Of a stretch of DNA of 64,000 bases, positions 50,588 to 61,073 are shown in pieces. The notes under the pieces are model-generated. The model searched no databases. It saw nothing but the letters and a program-made list of their open reading frames with translations, and was not told the origin of the DNA. This DNA is from Deltaproteobacteria bacterium (GTDB lineage: Bacteria > Desulfobacterota > Binatia > UBA1149 > JAJCZL01). The stretch spans positions 6,137 through 70,136 of the forward strand of contig JAJCZL010000038.1 of assembly GCA_029262415.1 (NCBI GenBank), in the 5' to 3' direction. The position numbers and the translations under genes were made by a program. Numbering within the stretch: the first letter of the stretch is position 1; the number at the start of each line of letters is the position of its first letter.

Positions 50588-51733
50588 TCATCCCGCCGGA
50601 GCTTCTGCGGTGTCGGCGATCTTCTTTTCCGCCTGGTCGGGCACCAGAGTTTCGACGTCGTCGCCGTCACTCAAGCGGTGCTGACCGCTCACGACGATGC
50701 GTGCGCCGGGTTCGATCCCGGAGATGACTTCGACCTTCTGCGGCGTCCTCGTGCCGAGTTCCACAAGCCGACGCGTGGCCTTGTCGTTGTCGACGACGAA
50801 GACCCACGTCTGTCCATCGGCGGACACAACTGCCTGTTCGGGCACCATCAGTTGGTTGCGGCGTACCTCGGTCACGATCGAGATTTCTACGAATTGTCCC
50901 GGCTTGAGCGTGCCGTTGGTGTTGGTGATCGTCGCCTTGAGCTTGAGCAGCCGGGTAACCGGATCGACCCGTGGATCGATGAACGTGACCGTGCCGGTGA
51001 CGGGTTCGCGGCCCTGACCGGAGACTGTGACTTTTGTGCCTTCGTTGACGTCATTTGCGTGGCGGTCGGGAACACCGAACTCCACTTCGATCGGGTTGGT
51101 GTTGTAGACGTCGGTGAGTGGTGTGCCTTTTTCAACGAAGTTACCGGTATCAACCAGGCGCGCGCCGACACGGCCGTCGAACGGCGCGCGGATGCTGAAG
51201 TCGTCGAGCCGTGTTTGTGCGAGGTCGAGTGCGGCGCGCGCCTCGCGAGCCGCGGCGTCAGCGCCTTTAAACTCGGCGAGGGCCTCTTCGTAGGTTTCGT
51301 CGGCGATCAGTTTGTCTTCTATCAATCGTTTGTGACGCCGCAGTTTTTGCTCGGCGACTGCGAGCCCTGCGAGTGCGCGGTCCAATGCTGCTGCCGACAG
51401 CGCTCGCGAAGCCTCGGCCTTGCGCGCGTCGAGTTCGATGAGGATGTCGCCTTTGCTGACCTCAGCGCCTTCTTCGAAAAGGATCTGCGCGACGACAGCT
51501 TCGACCTGGGGTCGCATCTCTGCATGTTCGCTCGCCCGCATGCTGCCGACAGCGCGCAGAGTAATGACAACGTCCTCGACCGAGGGAGCCGCTGTTTCAA
51601 CCAGTGTGTGACGATCGCTGGGGCCGTGCGCCGAAGGCTCCGATCCGGTGCAACCAGGGCCGACGACCAACAGGCAGAACGCCAAGAGAACCGAGCCGCG
51701 TGTTGCGCGGGTAATTGCGAGCGTAGTGCGCAT
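50588..51733 (-). CDS. RND periplasmic adaptor (membrane fusion) lipoprotein
   Basis: VGPGC lipobox-like segment, VSKGDIL, IRAPFDG, LKPGQF; upstream of the RND permease. Confidence 0.92.
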   Translation of the reverse strand: MRTTLAITRATRGSVLLAFCLLVVGPGCTGSEPSAHGPSDRHTLVETAAPSVEDVVITLRAVGSMRASEHAEMRPQVEAVVAQILFEEGAEVSKGDILIELDARKAEASRALSAAALDRALAGLAVAEQKLRRHKRLIEDKLIADETYEEALAEFKGADAAAREARAALDLAQTRLDDFSIRAPFDGRVGARLVDTGNFVEKGTPLTDVYNTNPIEVEFGVPDRHANDVNEGTKVTVSGQGREPVTGTVTFIDPRVDPVTRLLKLKATITNTNGTLKPGQFVEISIVTEVRRNQLMVPEQAVVSADGQTWVFVVDNDKATRRLVELGTRTPQKVEVISGIEPGARIVVSGQHRLSDGDDVETLVPDQAEKKIADTAEAPAG

Positions 51734-51866
51734 CGTGGTTGCCCGCGGCGTATGCCGAAGCATTCGCTGTGCCACGGGACATCTAACAGGATATCAGCGC
51801 GCGCCGAAGGTAACAGCCGTTTATCGGTGAGTCACGCGGGCGCTGCGGCCAGGTGGTCGCCGGCGC

Positions 51867-52721
51867 TCAGCGACCCGCTTTTACCGGGCCGGAGCGGTGG
51901 TTCATCAACCAATCCAGTATCGCCTGGGTTACACGTGGGTCGAACGCGTACTGCTTGCCGACGGTAGTGTCGCTCGCGACCAGCAGGGCGTGGTCTGCCT
52001 CCGGTACCGAGACCAGCGAGGTTTCAAACTTGGCATCTGCAGAGCTTTCGCGCGCTTCGAACGCGAACTTGCCGTATTTGTAGAGATCGTCTGGATCGCG
52101 TTCTCCGACAACGATCAGCGTTGGAGCTTTCACGCGGGTGATCTCGACTTCGCTGGCGCGGTTGGAAACCAGCACGACACCTACAGGCGGTTGGATCTCC
52201 TCATAGCGTGAGTAGATGCCTGCGATGGTGTCGGTACCGTAGCTGTGGCCGAGCAAGAAGACCCGACCGGTGTCTACGCGTGCGTGCTCGACTGCACGGC
52301 GATAGGCTTCGAGTGCGTTCGATCGTTCTGTGGCGTAGATCCCCCGGCCGCTCTTGCCGGTACCGGGTTTGTCGAAACGGAAAACGGCAAACCCGTGCTC
52401 GACGAGTTCCTCAGTCAGGAGAGCATACACGCCCCTCCCGCGATCTTCGCTACCACCGGGAGGAAGTCCGTTGCGGTTGATAGCGCCTGCTGCCGGGATC
52501 AGCACCACCAGGGGCGCGTGTGTCTGACTGGGAAAATCCCATTGGCCTGCAACGGTCGCATCGACGCTCTTGAACGTGGTTTCGACAACCGATGGGCGCT
52601 CCAACGTTGGGCGTGGGGTTGATGTGGCTGCGTCCGGTTCGGCGACTAATGTTAAGACGAGGGCGGCAGCGAACGCGACACTTGCAAGTATGGTGTGGGT
52701 TCCCAGGTCGCGAACGTGCAT
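51867..52721 (-). CDS. Exported alpha/beta hydrolase-like protein
   Basis: Signal-like N-terminus, FRFDKPGTGKS, GHSYG, GERD, ADH; GGAGG SD. Confidence 0.78.
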   Translation of the reverse strand: MHVRDLGTHTILASVAFAAALVLTLVAEPDAATSTPRPTLERPSVVETTFKSVDATVAGQWDFPSQTHAPLVVLIPAAGAINRNGLPPGGSEDRGRGVYALLTEELVEHGFAVFRFDKPGTGKSGRGIYATERSNALEAYRRAVEHARVDTGRVFLLGHSYGTDTIAGIYSRYEEIQPPVGVVLVSNRASEVEITRVKAPTLIVVGERDPDDLYKYGKFAFEARESSADAKFETSLVSVPEADHALLVASDTTVGKQYAFDPRVTQAILDWLMNHRSGPVKAGR

Positions 52722-52812
52722 TACGGTGGATCCTCCGGCGTCTGAACCGACGGCAGGCATTTACTGTGGGCCGCGCGAGCCGGCGAAGTCAAGGGAGACT
52801 CTCTGCCTGGGT

Positions 52813-54309
52813 TTAGGCCGGTTCGAGGGGGTCTTGCCAGGCGGAACGTCGAAACTGTACGGCTTCGGCGATATGTGCGGCCGAGACTGCTTCGGAGGTG
52901 GCAAGGTCTGCGATAGTCCTTGCAACCTGGCGGACACGGGTAACGCCCCGCGCCGAAAGACGCATGAGTTCTGCCGCATTCGCGAGCAGCGCGTTGGCCT
53001 CCGGCAACACCAACGAAACGGAGCGTTTCGTCCGGAACTCTCGCGCGCGTACCACACGTTCGCGCACGGTGGCCGAACTTTCGCCGCACTCGTCGGCGCA
53101 CAGTTCGGCGAAGGCGACACGTTCGACGGCGACGTGCAGGTCGATGCGATCGAGGATCGGTCCACTCACCCGCGCGCGGTAGCGCGCGACGGCGTGGAAG
53201 GAGCAGCTACAGTTCCCCGCTCCGGTGCGAAAGTAACCGCAAGGGCAGGGGTTGGCCGCCGCGACCAATAGAAAGGAAGCTGGAAAAGCCGCTTTCGATC
53301 CCGCCCGGCTCACCGTCAGCGTCTTGCGTTCGAGCGGTTCGCGCAACTGATTGAGGAGTTGGGCGGAAAACTCGGGCAGTTCGTCGAGAAAGAGCACGCC
53401 TTTGTGCGCGAGACTCGCCTCGCCAGGCACCGGATGGTAGCCGCCACCGACCATGCCGGCCACGGAAACGCTGTGGTGAGGGGTGCGTACCGGGCGTTGC
53501 GTGACTAGAGGCGAGCCGCCGGCCGAGCGTGTGAGGCCGGCAATGCTGTGGATCGACGTAACGGTCACCGCGTCTTCCAACGACAACGGCGGCAGGATGG
53601 TTGCGAGGCGCTCGGCGAGCATGCTCTTGCCGGCTCCGGGAGGTCCGGTGAGGAAGAGATGGTGTTCGCCTGCAGCCGCGATCTCGAGTGCGCGCCGGGC
53701 AGCGTGCTGCGCTCTGACTTCACAGAGATCGGTCTGGCTTGTCTCATTGCCACGGGCGAGCAGTGCGGCGATGTCAGTGCGGACCGGTTGGTCGCTGTAA
53801 CCACCGCGCACGAGCGTGAGTGCACTGCCTAACGAATCGGCAGTGAACACCTCAATGCCGCCACTTATTGCGGCCTCCTCACCGTTGGCTGCCGGGACCA
53901 CCAAGCGTTTGAGTCGACGTCGTGCGGCGATTCGTGCGGCCGGCAGTGTGCCGCTGACCGCGCGCAGGCGCCCGTCCAAGCTAAGCTCACCGAGAAATGC
54001 GGTCTCGGCGATCGCAGCGGGGTCGCAGTGGCCGGAGGCGGCGAGCAAGGCCATTGCGACGGCAAGATCAAAAGTCGCGCCTACTTTGCGCCGGTGTGCC
54101 GGTGAGAGGTTGACCAACTCTCGGCGTCGCTCGTAATTCTCTATCGTGGCTTGGATCGCTGCGCGTACTCGCTCGCGCCCCTCGCGCACGGCTGCGTCCG
54201 GCAAGCCAACCACAACGAAGGAGGGGATTCCGCCCGAGACTCGCGCCTCGACGCGGACGACGAAGCTGAGCACGCCCTCGTGGGCGCAGCTATGGGTAAC
54301 GGCGAACAT
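52813..54309 (-). CDS. comM: YifB/ComM Mg-chelatase-like AAA ATPase
   Basis: [53 protein letters not shown]. Confidence 0.93.
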   Translation of the reverse strand: MFAVTHSCAHEGVLSFVVRVEARVSGGIPSFVVVGLPDAAVREGRERVRAAIQATIENYERRRELVNLSPAHRRKVGATFDLAVAMALLAASGHCDPAAIAETAFLGELSLDGRLRAVSGTLPAARIAARRRLKRLVVPAANGEEAAISGGIEVFTADSLGSALTLVRGGYSDQPVRTDIAALLARGNETSQTDLCEVRAQHAARRALEIAAAGEHHLFLTGPPGAGKSMLAERLATILPPLSLEDAVTVTSIHSIAGLTRSAGGSPLVTQRPVRTPHHSVSVAGMVGGGYHPVPGEASLAHKGVLFLDELPEFSAQLLNQLREPLERKTLTVSRAGSKAAFPASFLLVAAANPCPCGYFRTGAGNCSCSFHAVARYRARVSGPILDRIDLHVAVERVAFAELCADECGESSATVRERVVRAREFRTKRSVSLVLPEANALLANAAELMRLSARGVTRVRQVARTIADLATSEAVSAAHIAEAVQFRRSAWQDPLEPA

Positions 54310-54427
54310 GGTGTCGGCGTTCTCGCCTGCGGGCGGGCAATCGGTCAATGACACAGCGGGTATAATCCCGGCCTGTCCGGCGTGCCGCCGATTTCGGTTC
54401 TCAGCGGTGTCGATTTATGATCCGGGC

Positions 54428-55000
54428 GTGCTGTTGATGATCGACAACTACGACTCCTTTACCTTCAACCTCGTCCAGTACTTGGGTGAGTTGGGTGCTG
54501 AGGTTGTCATCCGGCGCAACGATACTATCGACGTTGCCGATATAGCGAAGATGAAGCCGCAGGCGATCGTGATTTCGCCGGGGCCGTGTACGCCGAAGGA
54601 GGCGGGGGTGTCAGTCGACGTGGTGCGCGGGTTCGCGGGGAAGATTCCGCTTCTCGGGGTGTGCCTCGGCCACCAGTGCATCGGCGCGGCCTTCGGGGGC
54701 AACATCGTGCGCGCCGAAAGGCTCATGCACGGCAAGACTTCCGAAATCCAACACGACGGCAAGGGGGTGTTTCGGAATCTTCCGCAGAACCTCACTGCGA
54801 CGCGCTATCATTCTTTGGTAGTCGAGCGCGAGGCATTGCCTTCCGTTTTAGAGATAAGCGCGTGGACCGAACAGGGAGAAATCATGGGAATCCGTCACAA
54901 GAAACTGCGCGTCGAGGGCGTGCAGTTTCACCCGGAGTCGATTCTCACCGCCGAAGGCAAGGCGCTTCTCGGCAACTTCCTGGAGATGGCCGCGTCCTGA
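54428..55000 (+). CDS. trpG: Anthranilate/aminodeoxychorismate synthase component II
   Basis: [30 protein letters not shown]. Confidence 0.93.
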   Translation: MLLMIDNYDSFTFNLVQYLGELGAEVVIRRNDTIDVADIAKMKPQAIVISPGPCTPKEAGVSVDVVRGFAGKIPLLGVCLGHQCIGAAFGGNIVRAERLMHGKTSEIQHDGKGVFRNLPQNLTATRYHSLVVEREALPSVLEISAWTEQGEIMGIRHKKLRVEGVQFHPESILTAEGKALLGNFLEMAAS

Positions 55001-55509
55001 CAGCGTTCGCCGTTGTGGCACTGGTCAGTGTTTTATCCTCGTCGTGTTCTGCGGTCGGTGCCGGCCGCGGCTCTTCCCCATTGGGCGGCGAAGAGATCTG
55101 CGTGCACGGAAAGGTTGCCGCTTCGCTTGAAGTCACTCGTGACGTCGCCGGTACGGTTCTCTCCGAAGAGGGATTCCGCACCGCGTTTCTTGGCGATATG
55201 ATCCGCGCAGACCGTCGGCACTACGCCCCGTCGCCCGAGGGTGTGCCTCTTTTAGGTTTTGTGTGGCCGATAACTCTACAGACGGGATATGACGGCAAAC
55301 CGAAGCGTCATCACTCGCTTCGCGTACAGTTGGACCTCGCCGAATCGCGCGGGCAGACATGCCTGCAGGTCGAGTTAACCTCAATTGGCTTCGACCTTGA
55401 TCCGTCCTCGGCCGGACAAATTCCACAAGCACTCGCAGCCACGATTGAAAGGCGCGTGCGTGGGCTCAACGCCTCTAACGGCGACCTAACCTCAGCGCCG
55501 TCTCAATGA
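54997..55509 (+). CDS. Hypothetical lipoprotein
   Basis: [15 protein letters not shown] hydrophobic signal with Cys. Start uncertain (CTG 54997 or GTG 55015). Confidence 0.5.
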   Translation: MTAFAVVALVSVLSSSCSAVGAGRGSSPLGGEEICVHGKVAASLEVTRDVAGTVLSEEGFRTAFLGDMIRADRRHYAPSPEGVPLLGFVWPITLQTGYDGKPKRHHSLRVQLDLAESRGQTCLQVELTSIGFDLDPSSAGQIPQALAATIERRVRGLNASNGDLTSAPSQ

Positions 55510-55605
55510 CGACACGCAAATTGCCGGCGCTGACCAAGCTCTTTGTCGCTCTTATGCGCTGCGTGTGATTGCGCGGCGGTTCGGTTTCGCTGTACGCCCC
55601 CCAGC

Positions 55606-56769
55606 ATGGAGGCGAATGCTCGAGTTCCGGAAGAAACCGAGGCCTGGCTGGCGGTTGCGCAGCTGGCGAGCGCGGGCAGCGAAGACTGGCTGCGTGCGGC
55701 GGCGCTGGCGGGTTCGGCCGCGGCGCTGTTTGCTGCAGAGCCCGGCGCGCTTTGCCAAGCAGGCCTGTCCGAGGCGGCAATCCGCCGTCTGCGGTCCTTT
55801 GACGGATGGCGAGAGATCGAAAGCTTACGCGCCTGCTGCGCGAAAAACAGGATAGAGTTCGTCTCAATTGCCGCCGGCGGTTATCCCGCGGCGTTGCGTC
55901 GGATTCAGGATCCCCCCGTTGTTTTGTACTACCGTGGTCGCGAACCGTCAGTATTCGACGGTGGTGTTGCGATGGTCGGCGCGCGCCGTGCGACCCGCTA
56001 CGGTTGCCGTATGGCGCATGCCATTGCGCGCAGGCTGGCGGCCGCAGGTGTGACCGTGGTCAGCGGCCTCGCCTACGGGATCGACCGGGCAGCGCACGAC
56101 GGTGCTTTACAGGCAGGGGCTACGGTGGCGGTTCTTGCGGGTGGGCTCGATAACGTTTACCCGAGCCGCCACCGCGCGCTCTTCGAACGTCTTGTCGCCG
56201 AGCATTGCGTGATTTCTGAATATCCCCCCGGCATTCCTGCGCTCGCGCGGCATTTCCCCGTGCGCAATCGTATCATCACCGGGATGACAACCGCCACGAT
56301 CGTCGTCGAGGCAGGTGAACGCAGCGGTTCGTTGGTTAGCGCCCGCGCGGCGTTGGACCAAGGACGCGACGTGTATGCGGTACCCGGCAACGCGGATTCC
56401 CCAGTATCGCGCGGAACCAACGCGCTGTTGCGCGACGGGGCCCCAATGCTGGCCTGCGCGAAGGACGTCGACGACGCTTTCGGTCTCAGCAGCGAGGCCG
56501 GCGCGGTTGGGGTGCTGGGCCCGGAAAACGCGTCGCCTGCAGTCGGCGCGGGTGCGCGTGGCTGGGCTGCGGTACCCGGCCCGGACCACCTCGACCTCCG
56601 TCGGGTCTGGGAGGTTTTGCAGAGTGAACCCCGCCATGTTGATGAGATTGTTGCCGAGACGCGACTTGACGGCGCACGCGTTCTGGAGTTGTTAACTGGC
56701 CTGGAGATAAGAGGTCTGGCCTCGTGTGCCGGCCCGGGGATGTTCACCTCCTTGCGGCCGCCTTCTTGA
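55606..56769 (+). CDS. dprA: DNA-processing protein DprA
   Basis: VGARRAT.YG, VSGLAYGID..AH, FPVRNRII, EAGERSGSL, C-terminal winged helix. Confidence 0.95.
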   Translation: MEANARVPEETEAWLAVAQLASAGSEDWLRAAALAGSAAALFAAEPGALCQAGLSEAAIRRLRSFDGWREIESLRACCAKNRIEFVSIAAGGYPAALRRIQDPPVVLYYRGREPSVFDGGVAMVGARRATRYGCRMAHAIARRLAAAGVTVVSGLAYGIDRAAHDGALQAGATVAVLAGGLDNVYPSRHRALFERLVAEHCVISEYPPGIPALARHFPVRNRIITGMTTATIVVEAGERSGSLVSARAALDQGRDVYAVPGNADSPVSRGTNALLRDGAPMLACAKDVDDAFGLSSEAGAVGVLGPENASPAVGAGARGWAAVPGPDHLDLRRVWEVLQSEPRHVDEIVAETRLDGARVLELLTGLEIRGLASCAGPGMFTSLRPPS

Positions 56770-56802
56770 CTGCCGGATCGGATACGGTCTTACTCCTCGC
56801 TT

Positions 56803-59148
56803 ATGGCAGCCAAAAATCTTGTTGTTGTGGAGTCGCCTGCAAAGGCGAAAACCTTGAGCCGCTACCTCGGCCGCGATTATGTGGTCAAAGCCTCGGTCGG
56901 GCATATTGCCGATCTGCCCAAGAGCAAGCTCGGGGTCGATGTTGACGCCGACTTTGCACCTCAGTACGAGGTGATACACGGGAAAGGGAAAGTCGTTGCG
57001 GAGCTGAAAAAGGCGCTGAAGGGCAAAGAGCACCTCCTGCTTGCACCTGATCCCGACCGCGAGGGCGAGGCGATTGCTTACCATATCAAGGAACGCATCG
57101 TCCCGAAGTCGTTCAAAGGCACCGTCAGGCGGGTGCTGTTCAACCAGATCACCAAGAAGGCAGTTGCCGAAGCGGTGAAGAACCCGGTCGATCTGGATAC
57201 CGACAAATTCGAGGCTCAGCAGGCCCGGCGTGTCATCGACCGTCTGGTGGGCTACCAGATCAGCCCGTTGCTGTGGGAAAAGGTTCGCCGCGGACTCTCG
57301 GCGGGTCGGGTTCAGTCGGTTGCGGTGCGGCTGATCGTCGAACGCGAGCGCGCCATCCGCGAGTTCGCATCTGTCGAGTACTGGAACCTGACCGCGCTTT
57401 TGAAGGCTGAAGGAGACGTGCCGGTTACCGCTAAGCTCGTGCAGGTCGGCGACGACAAGATCGACACGCGCAATCTCAAGTCGGACGCAGAGTCGGGTTT
57501 CTTCGTCAAGAACGAAGGAGAAGCGCAGGCGATCGTTGCCAGGTGCGAGAAAGCCGATCCGTGGAAAGTCGTCGCCGTCAAGAAGTCGAAACGTCAACGC
57601 AAGGCGACGGCCCCTTTTATCACCTCGACGTTGCAGCAGGAGGCGTACCGCAAGCATGGCTTTCAGCCGCGTCGCGCCATGAGTGCCGCGCAGCGCCTCT
57701 ATGAGGGAATCGAGCTGGGTGATCGTGGGTTGACGGGTTTGATCACCTATATGCGCACCGATTCGCCGCGCGCCGCACCCGAGGCCGTCGATGCTGTGCG
57801 CGAACTTATCGGACAGCAGTACGGTGACAAGTATCTGCCCGTGAAGCCCAATGTGTACAAAACAAAGAAGAGCGCGCAGGACGCTCATGAAGCGATCCGG
57901 CCGACGACGATGGACTTTGCGCCGAGCGAGGCGAAAAAGTTCCTCAAGTCGGATGAGGCGAAGATTTACGCGCTGATTTGGAACCGTTTTGTCGCCAGCC
58001 AGATGGCCCCGGCGCAGTTCGACCAGACCAGCATCGACATATCGGCCGACGACTGCGTGTTCCGCGCCACCGGGCAGGTGATGCGGTTTGACGGGTTTTT
58101 GCGTGTCTACCAGGAGAGCACCGACGCACCCGATTCGAGTGATGACACGGCTATGCTTCCCGATCTCAAGGAGAACGACGTGCTCGGACTCGACAAGCTC
58201 GATCCGACCCAGCACTTCACGCAACCTCCGCCGCGTTTTACGCAGGCATCCTTGATCCGTGAGCTTGAAGAGAACGGGATTGGACGTCCCTCAACATATG
58301 CCGCGATTATGTCGACGATCATTGACCGTGACTATGTTCGCCAAGACGAGCAGAAGCGGCTGACGCCGACACAACTCGGTGAGCTCGTGACCGATCTCCT
58401 GGTCGAGTCGTTCCCCGATATCTTGAACGTCGAGTTCACCGCCGAACTGGAAGACCGCCTGGACAGCGTCGAGGGTGGTAAGTCCAACTGGCTGGAGATC
58501 ACCCGCAAATTCTACGAGCCCTTCATCAAGGATCTGCGGACCGCCAAGAACGGCGGCATGCGCGACGTTAAGGGCGAGGTGCAAGAGACTGAGGTCCCGT
58601 GCGAAAAATGTGGGAAGAAACTCGTAATAAAGTGGGGCCGCAACGGTGAGTTCCTCGCGTGTCCGACCTATCCCGAGTGTAAGTTCACCTGCAATTTTAC
58701 GCGCACCGACGAGGGCAGCATCGAGATCGAGCAGCCCGAAGTAACCGAAGAGAAGTGCGAGAAGTGCGGTTGCGAAATGCAGTACAAGTACGGCAAGTTC
58801 GGCAAGTTTCTCGGGTGTTCGAACTATCCCGAGTGCAAGACCGTCAAGTCGCTGAACCAACCGGTTCCGACCGGCATCGCCTGTCCGCCCAAGGATCAGG
58901 GGTGCGGTGAGGGTGAGATTGTTCGTAAGGTCTCGCGTCGCGGCAAGATTTTTTACAGCTGCAATCGTTATCCCGACTGCACTTTCGCGATTTGGGACAA
59001 GCCCGTCGCGGGTGCCTGCCCGGAGTGCGACGCGCCGTTCATCGTCGAGAAGACCACCAAGCGCGCAGGTACCGTACGCAAGTGCGTCAAAGAAGCGTGC
59101 GAGTACAGCGAGAGCGTGGCCGAAGGGCTCGCTGTCGAAGAGGGATGA
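56803..59148 (+). CDS. topA: DNA topoisomerase I with C-terminal zinc ribbons
   Basis: [35 protein letters not shown], several C4 motifs. Confidence 0.97.
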   Translation: MAAKNLVVVESPAKAKTLSRYLGRDYVVKASVGHIADLPKSKLGVDVDADFAPQYEVIHGKGKVVAELKKALKGKEHLLLAPDPDREGEAIAYHIKERIVPKSFKGTVRRVLFNQITKKAVAEAVKNPVDLDTDKFEAQQARRVIDRLVGYQISPLLWEKVRRGLSAGRVQSVAVRLIVERERAIREFASVEYWNLTALLKAEGDVPVTAKLVQVGDDKIDTRNLKSDAESGFFVKNEGEAQAIVARCEKADPWKVVAVKKSKRQRKATAPFITSTLQQEAYRKHGFQPRRAMSAAQRLYEGIELGDRGLTGLITYMRTDSPRAAPEAVDAVRELIGQQYGDKYLPVKPNVYKTKKSAQDAHEAIRPTTMDFAPSEAKKFLKSDEAKIYALIWNRFVASQMAPAQFDQTSIDISADDCVFRATGQVMRFDGFLRVYQESTDAPDSSDDTAMLPDLKENDVLGLDKLDPTQHFTQPPPRFTQASLIRELEENGIGRPSTYAAIMSTIIDRDYVRQDEQKRLTPTQLGELVTDLLVESFPDILNVEFTAELEDRLDSVEGGKSNWLEITRKFYEPFIKDLRTAKNGGMRDVKGEVQETEVPCEKCGKKLVIKWGRNGEFLACPTYPECKFTCNFTRTDEGSIEIEQPEVTEEKCEKCGCEMQYKYGKFGKFLGCSNYPECKTVKSLNQPVPTGIACPPKDQGCGEGEIVRKVSRRGKIFYSCNRYPDCTFAIWDKPVAGACPECDAPFIVEKTTKRAGTVRKCVKEACEYSESVAEGLAVEEG

Positions 59149-60482
59149 CCGAACGCTCCCCGGTCGCAGTGATAGGCGGCGGCCTCGCCGGTTGCGAGGC
59201 CGCCTACCAACTGGCGAAACGCGGCGTAGACGTCGAGTTGTGGGAGATGCGCCCCGAGCGCTCGACCGAAGCGCACAAGACCGGCAATCTTGCCGAGCTT
59301 GTCTGCTCGAACTCTTTTCGCGACAATTCGAGCGCAACCGCGGTCGGGATCCTCAAGCAAGAGATGCGGGCGATGGGTTCGCTCATCATCCGTGCCGCCG
59401 ACCAGGCCAAGGTGCCGGCAGGTTCAGCACTGGCCGTCGACCGCGAAGTATTCTCTCGTGCAATTGAGGATGAGATCAAAGCGCTTGGACGGGTCACGCT
59501 GTGCCGTGGCGAAGTCGAGAGCGTTCCGAGCGGTGGTATTGTCATCGTTGCGACCGGGCCGTTGACCTCGGAGTCTTTGTGCAACTCGCTAACCGACATT
59601 CTTGGTTGCGGCCGCCTATACTTTTACGATGCCATCTCACCGATTGTGACCGCTGAGTCGATCGATATGGACGTCGCGTTTCGCGCTGCGCGCTACGGCA
59701 AGGGCGGCGACGATTACATCAACTGTCCGCTTGACGAAGAGGCCTACGAACGGCTCGTCACAGAGATCCTCGCCGCCGAAAAAATGCCGCTCAAGAGCTT
59801 CGAACGTTGTGTGCACTTTGAGGGTTGCATGCCGATCGAAGAGGTGGCGCGGCGCGGGCGGCAGACGCTTGCGTTTGGTCCGATGAAGCCGGTCGGACTC
59901 GAAGATCCGCGAACAGGCCGACGGGCACACGCGGTGTTGCAGCTACGTCAGGACGATGTCGAGGGACGCTTGTACGGCTTAGTCGGCTTCCAGACCAAAA
60001 TGACCTATCCAGAGCAACGTCGCGTGTTTCGAATGATCCCGGGGATGGAGAAAGCCGAATTCGTCAGGCTCGGCAGCCTGCATCGCAACACGTTCATCGA
60101 TTCGCCCGCGTGTATGACTGCCGCACTGACGGTTCGCGATCGCGACGAATTGCTCATCGCCGGGCAACTGGTCGGTGTCGAGGGCTACGTCGAGTCGGCT
60201 GCAACCGGCTTACTCGCAGGCATCAACGCTGCGCGACTCTTCCACGGCGAGCTTCCGCTGGTTGCCCCGCGGACAACGGCGCTTGGATCGCTCGCGCGTT
60301 ACATAACCGAGCCGGCCCGCAAAGAGTTCCAGCCGATGAACGCGAACTACGGTTTGTTTCCCCCGTTAGCGGGACGCGTTCGCGGCCGCGAGAAACGCAT
60401 CGCGCTTGGCCAACGCGCGGTTCGCGATCTGGGCGGTTGGTTGCGCGAGTCCGGTATCGATGCGGCGCCCGCCGTGTGCTGA
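59145..60482 (+). CDS. trmFO: Methylenetetrahydrofolate-tRNA-(uracil-5)-methyltransferase
   Basis: [38 protein letters not shown]. Confidence 0.96.
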   Translation: MTERSPVAVIGGGLAGCEAAYQLAKRGVDVELWEMRPERSTEAHKTGNLAELVCSNSFRDNSSATAVGILKQEMRAMGSLIIRAADQAKVPAGSALAVDREVFSRAIEDEIKALGRVTLCRGEVESVPSGGIVIVATGPLTSESLCNSLTDILGCGRLYFYDAISPIVTAESIDMDVAFRAARYGKGGDDYINCPLDEEAYERLVTEILAAEKMPLKSFERCVHFEGCMPIEEVARRGRQTLAFGPMKPVGLEDPRTGRRAHAVLQLRQDDVEGRLYGLVGFQTKMTYPEQRRVFRMIPGMEKAEFVRLGSLHRNTFIDSPACMTAALTVRDRDELLIAGQLVGVEGYVESAATGLLAGINAARLFHGELPLVAPRTTALGSLARYITEPARKEFQPMNANYGLFPPLAGRVRGREKRIALGQRAVRDLGGWLRESGIDAAPAVC

Positions 60483-60529
60483 ACGCTTAATCGCCGCAAG
60501 CGAAAATTGAGCAGACACCTCGGATATTG

Positions 60530-60559
60530 TTGACTCCCGGGTCCCTTCGTCCCCATAGT
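60530..60559 (+). promoter_or_regulatory. Putative sigma70 promoter of the second HU gene
   Basis: TTGACT-18 nt-CATAGT, giving a leader of about 125 nt ending in TAAGGAGG. Confidence 0.45.
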
Positions 60560-60692
60560 AATGCATTGCCCCGTCGGTTGGGGTGATCCGGAGCGGGGGC
60601 TTCGACGCAGTGGCGCGGGCGCCCGTCTCGGTAAAGACCAAAAACGCATGGTTCGGGTACGGCCGAACGATGATTGGTGTAAGGAGGCAGGC

Positions 60693-60962
60693 ATGACGAA
60701 AGCGGACATCATCGAGGCTGTCGCGAAGACAACGGGACTCTCCAAGAGGGGAGCTGCCGGTGCGGTCGATGCGACCATCATCAACATCTCTAAAGGTATA
60801 AAAAAGGAGAAGCGGCTCGCTCTCTCCGGCTTTGGTACCTTCACGGTACGCAAACGTAAGGCGCGTAGCGGGCGCAACCCGCGAACGGGCGAAGAGATAA
60901 AGATTGCTGCCAGCAGGACGGTCGGCTTCAAGCCGGCGCCGGCCCTGAAGAGCGGACTCTGA
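60693..60962 (+). CDS. hup: HU-family DNA-binding protein (second paralog)
   Basis: MTKADII, GFGTF, GRNPRTG, FKPA..LK; perfect SD. Confidence 0.94.
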   Translation: MTKADIIEAVAKTTGLSKRGAAGAVDATIINISKGIKKEKRLALSGFGTFTVRKRKARSGRNPRTGEEIKIAASRTVGFKPAPALKSGL

Positions 60963-60991
60963 GTCTCGGCTCGAAGCACCTAAAACAACCC

Positions 60992-61047
60992 GCCGCCGGC
61001 CGTGGCATCGCCCTTTGTGTGGCGTGCCGCGACCGGCGGCTACTTTT
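60992..61047 (+). terminator. Probable terminator hairpin after HU
   Basis: GCCGCCGG...CCGGCGGC stem with extended inner pairing, followed by TACTTTT. Confidence 0.6.
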
Positions 61048-61073
61048 GCCGCGTTCTCAGGCACAATAACCTA

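Noticed and set aside
47470-51733. RND pair lacking an outer-membrane channel gene
   Set aside because: This is a common arrangement; the TolC-type partner is usually encoded elsewhere.
52813-53100. ComM C-terminal region looks somewhat shorter than usual
   Set aside because: The frame is intact and all core motifs are present; it is likely a loop deletion, and I cannot quantify it without an alignment.
32609-60478. Shared short words (GGTATC.AT, CGCCGTGTG) near both putative inversion breakpoints
   Set aside because: They are in direct rather than inverted orientation and short enough to be chance.
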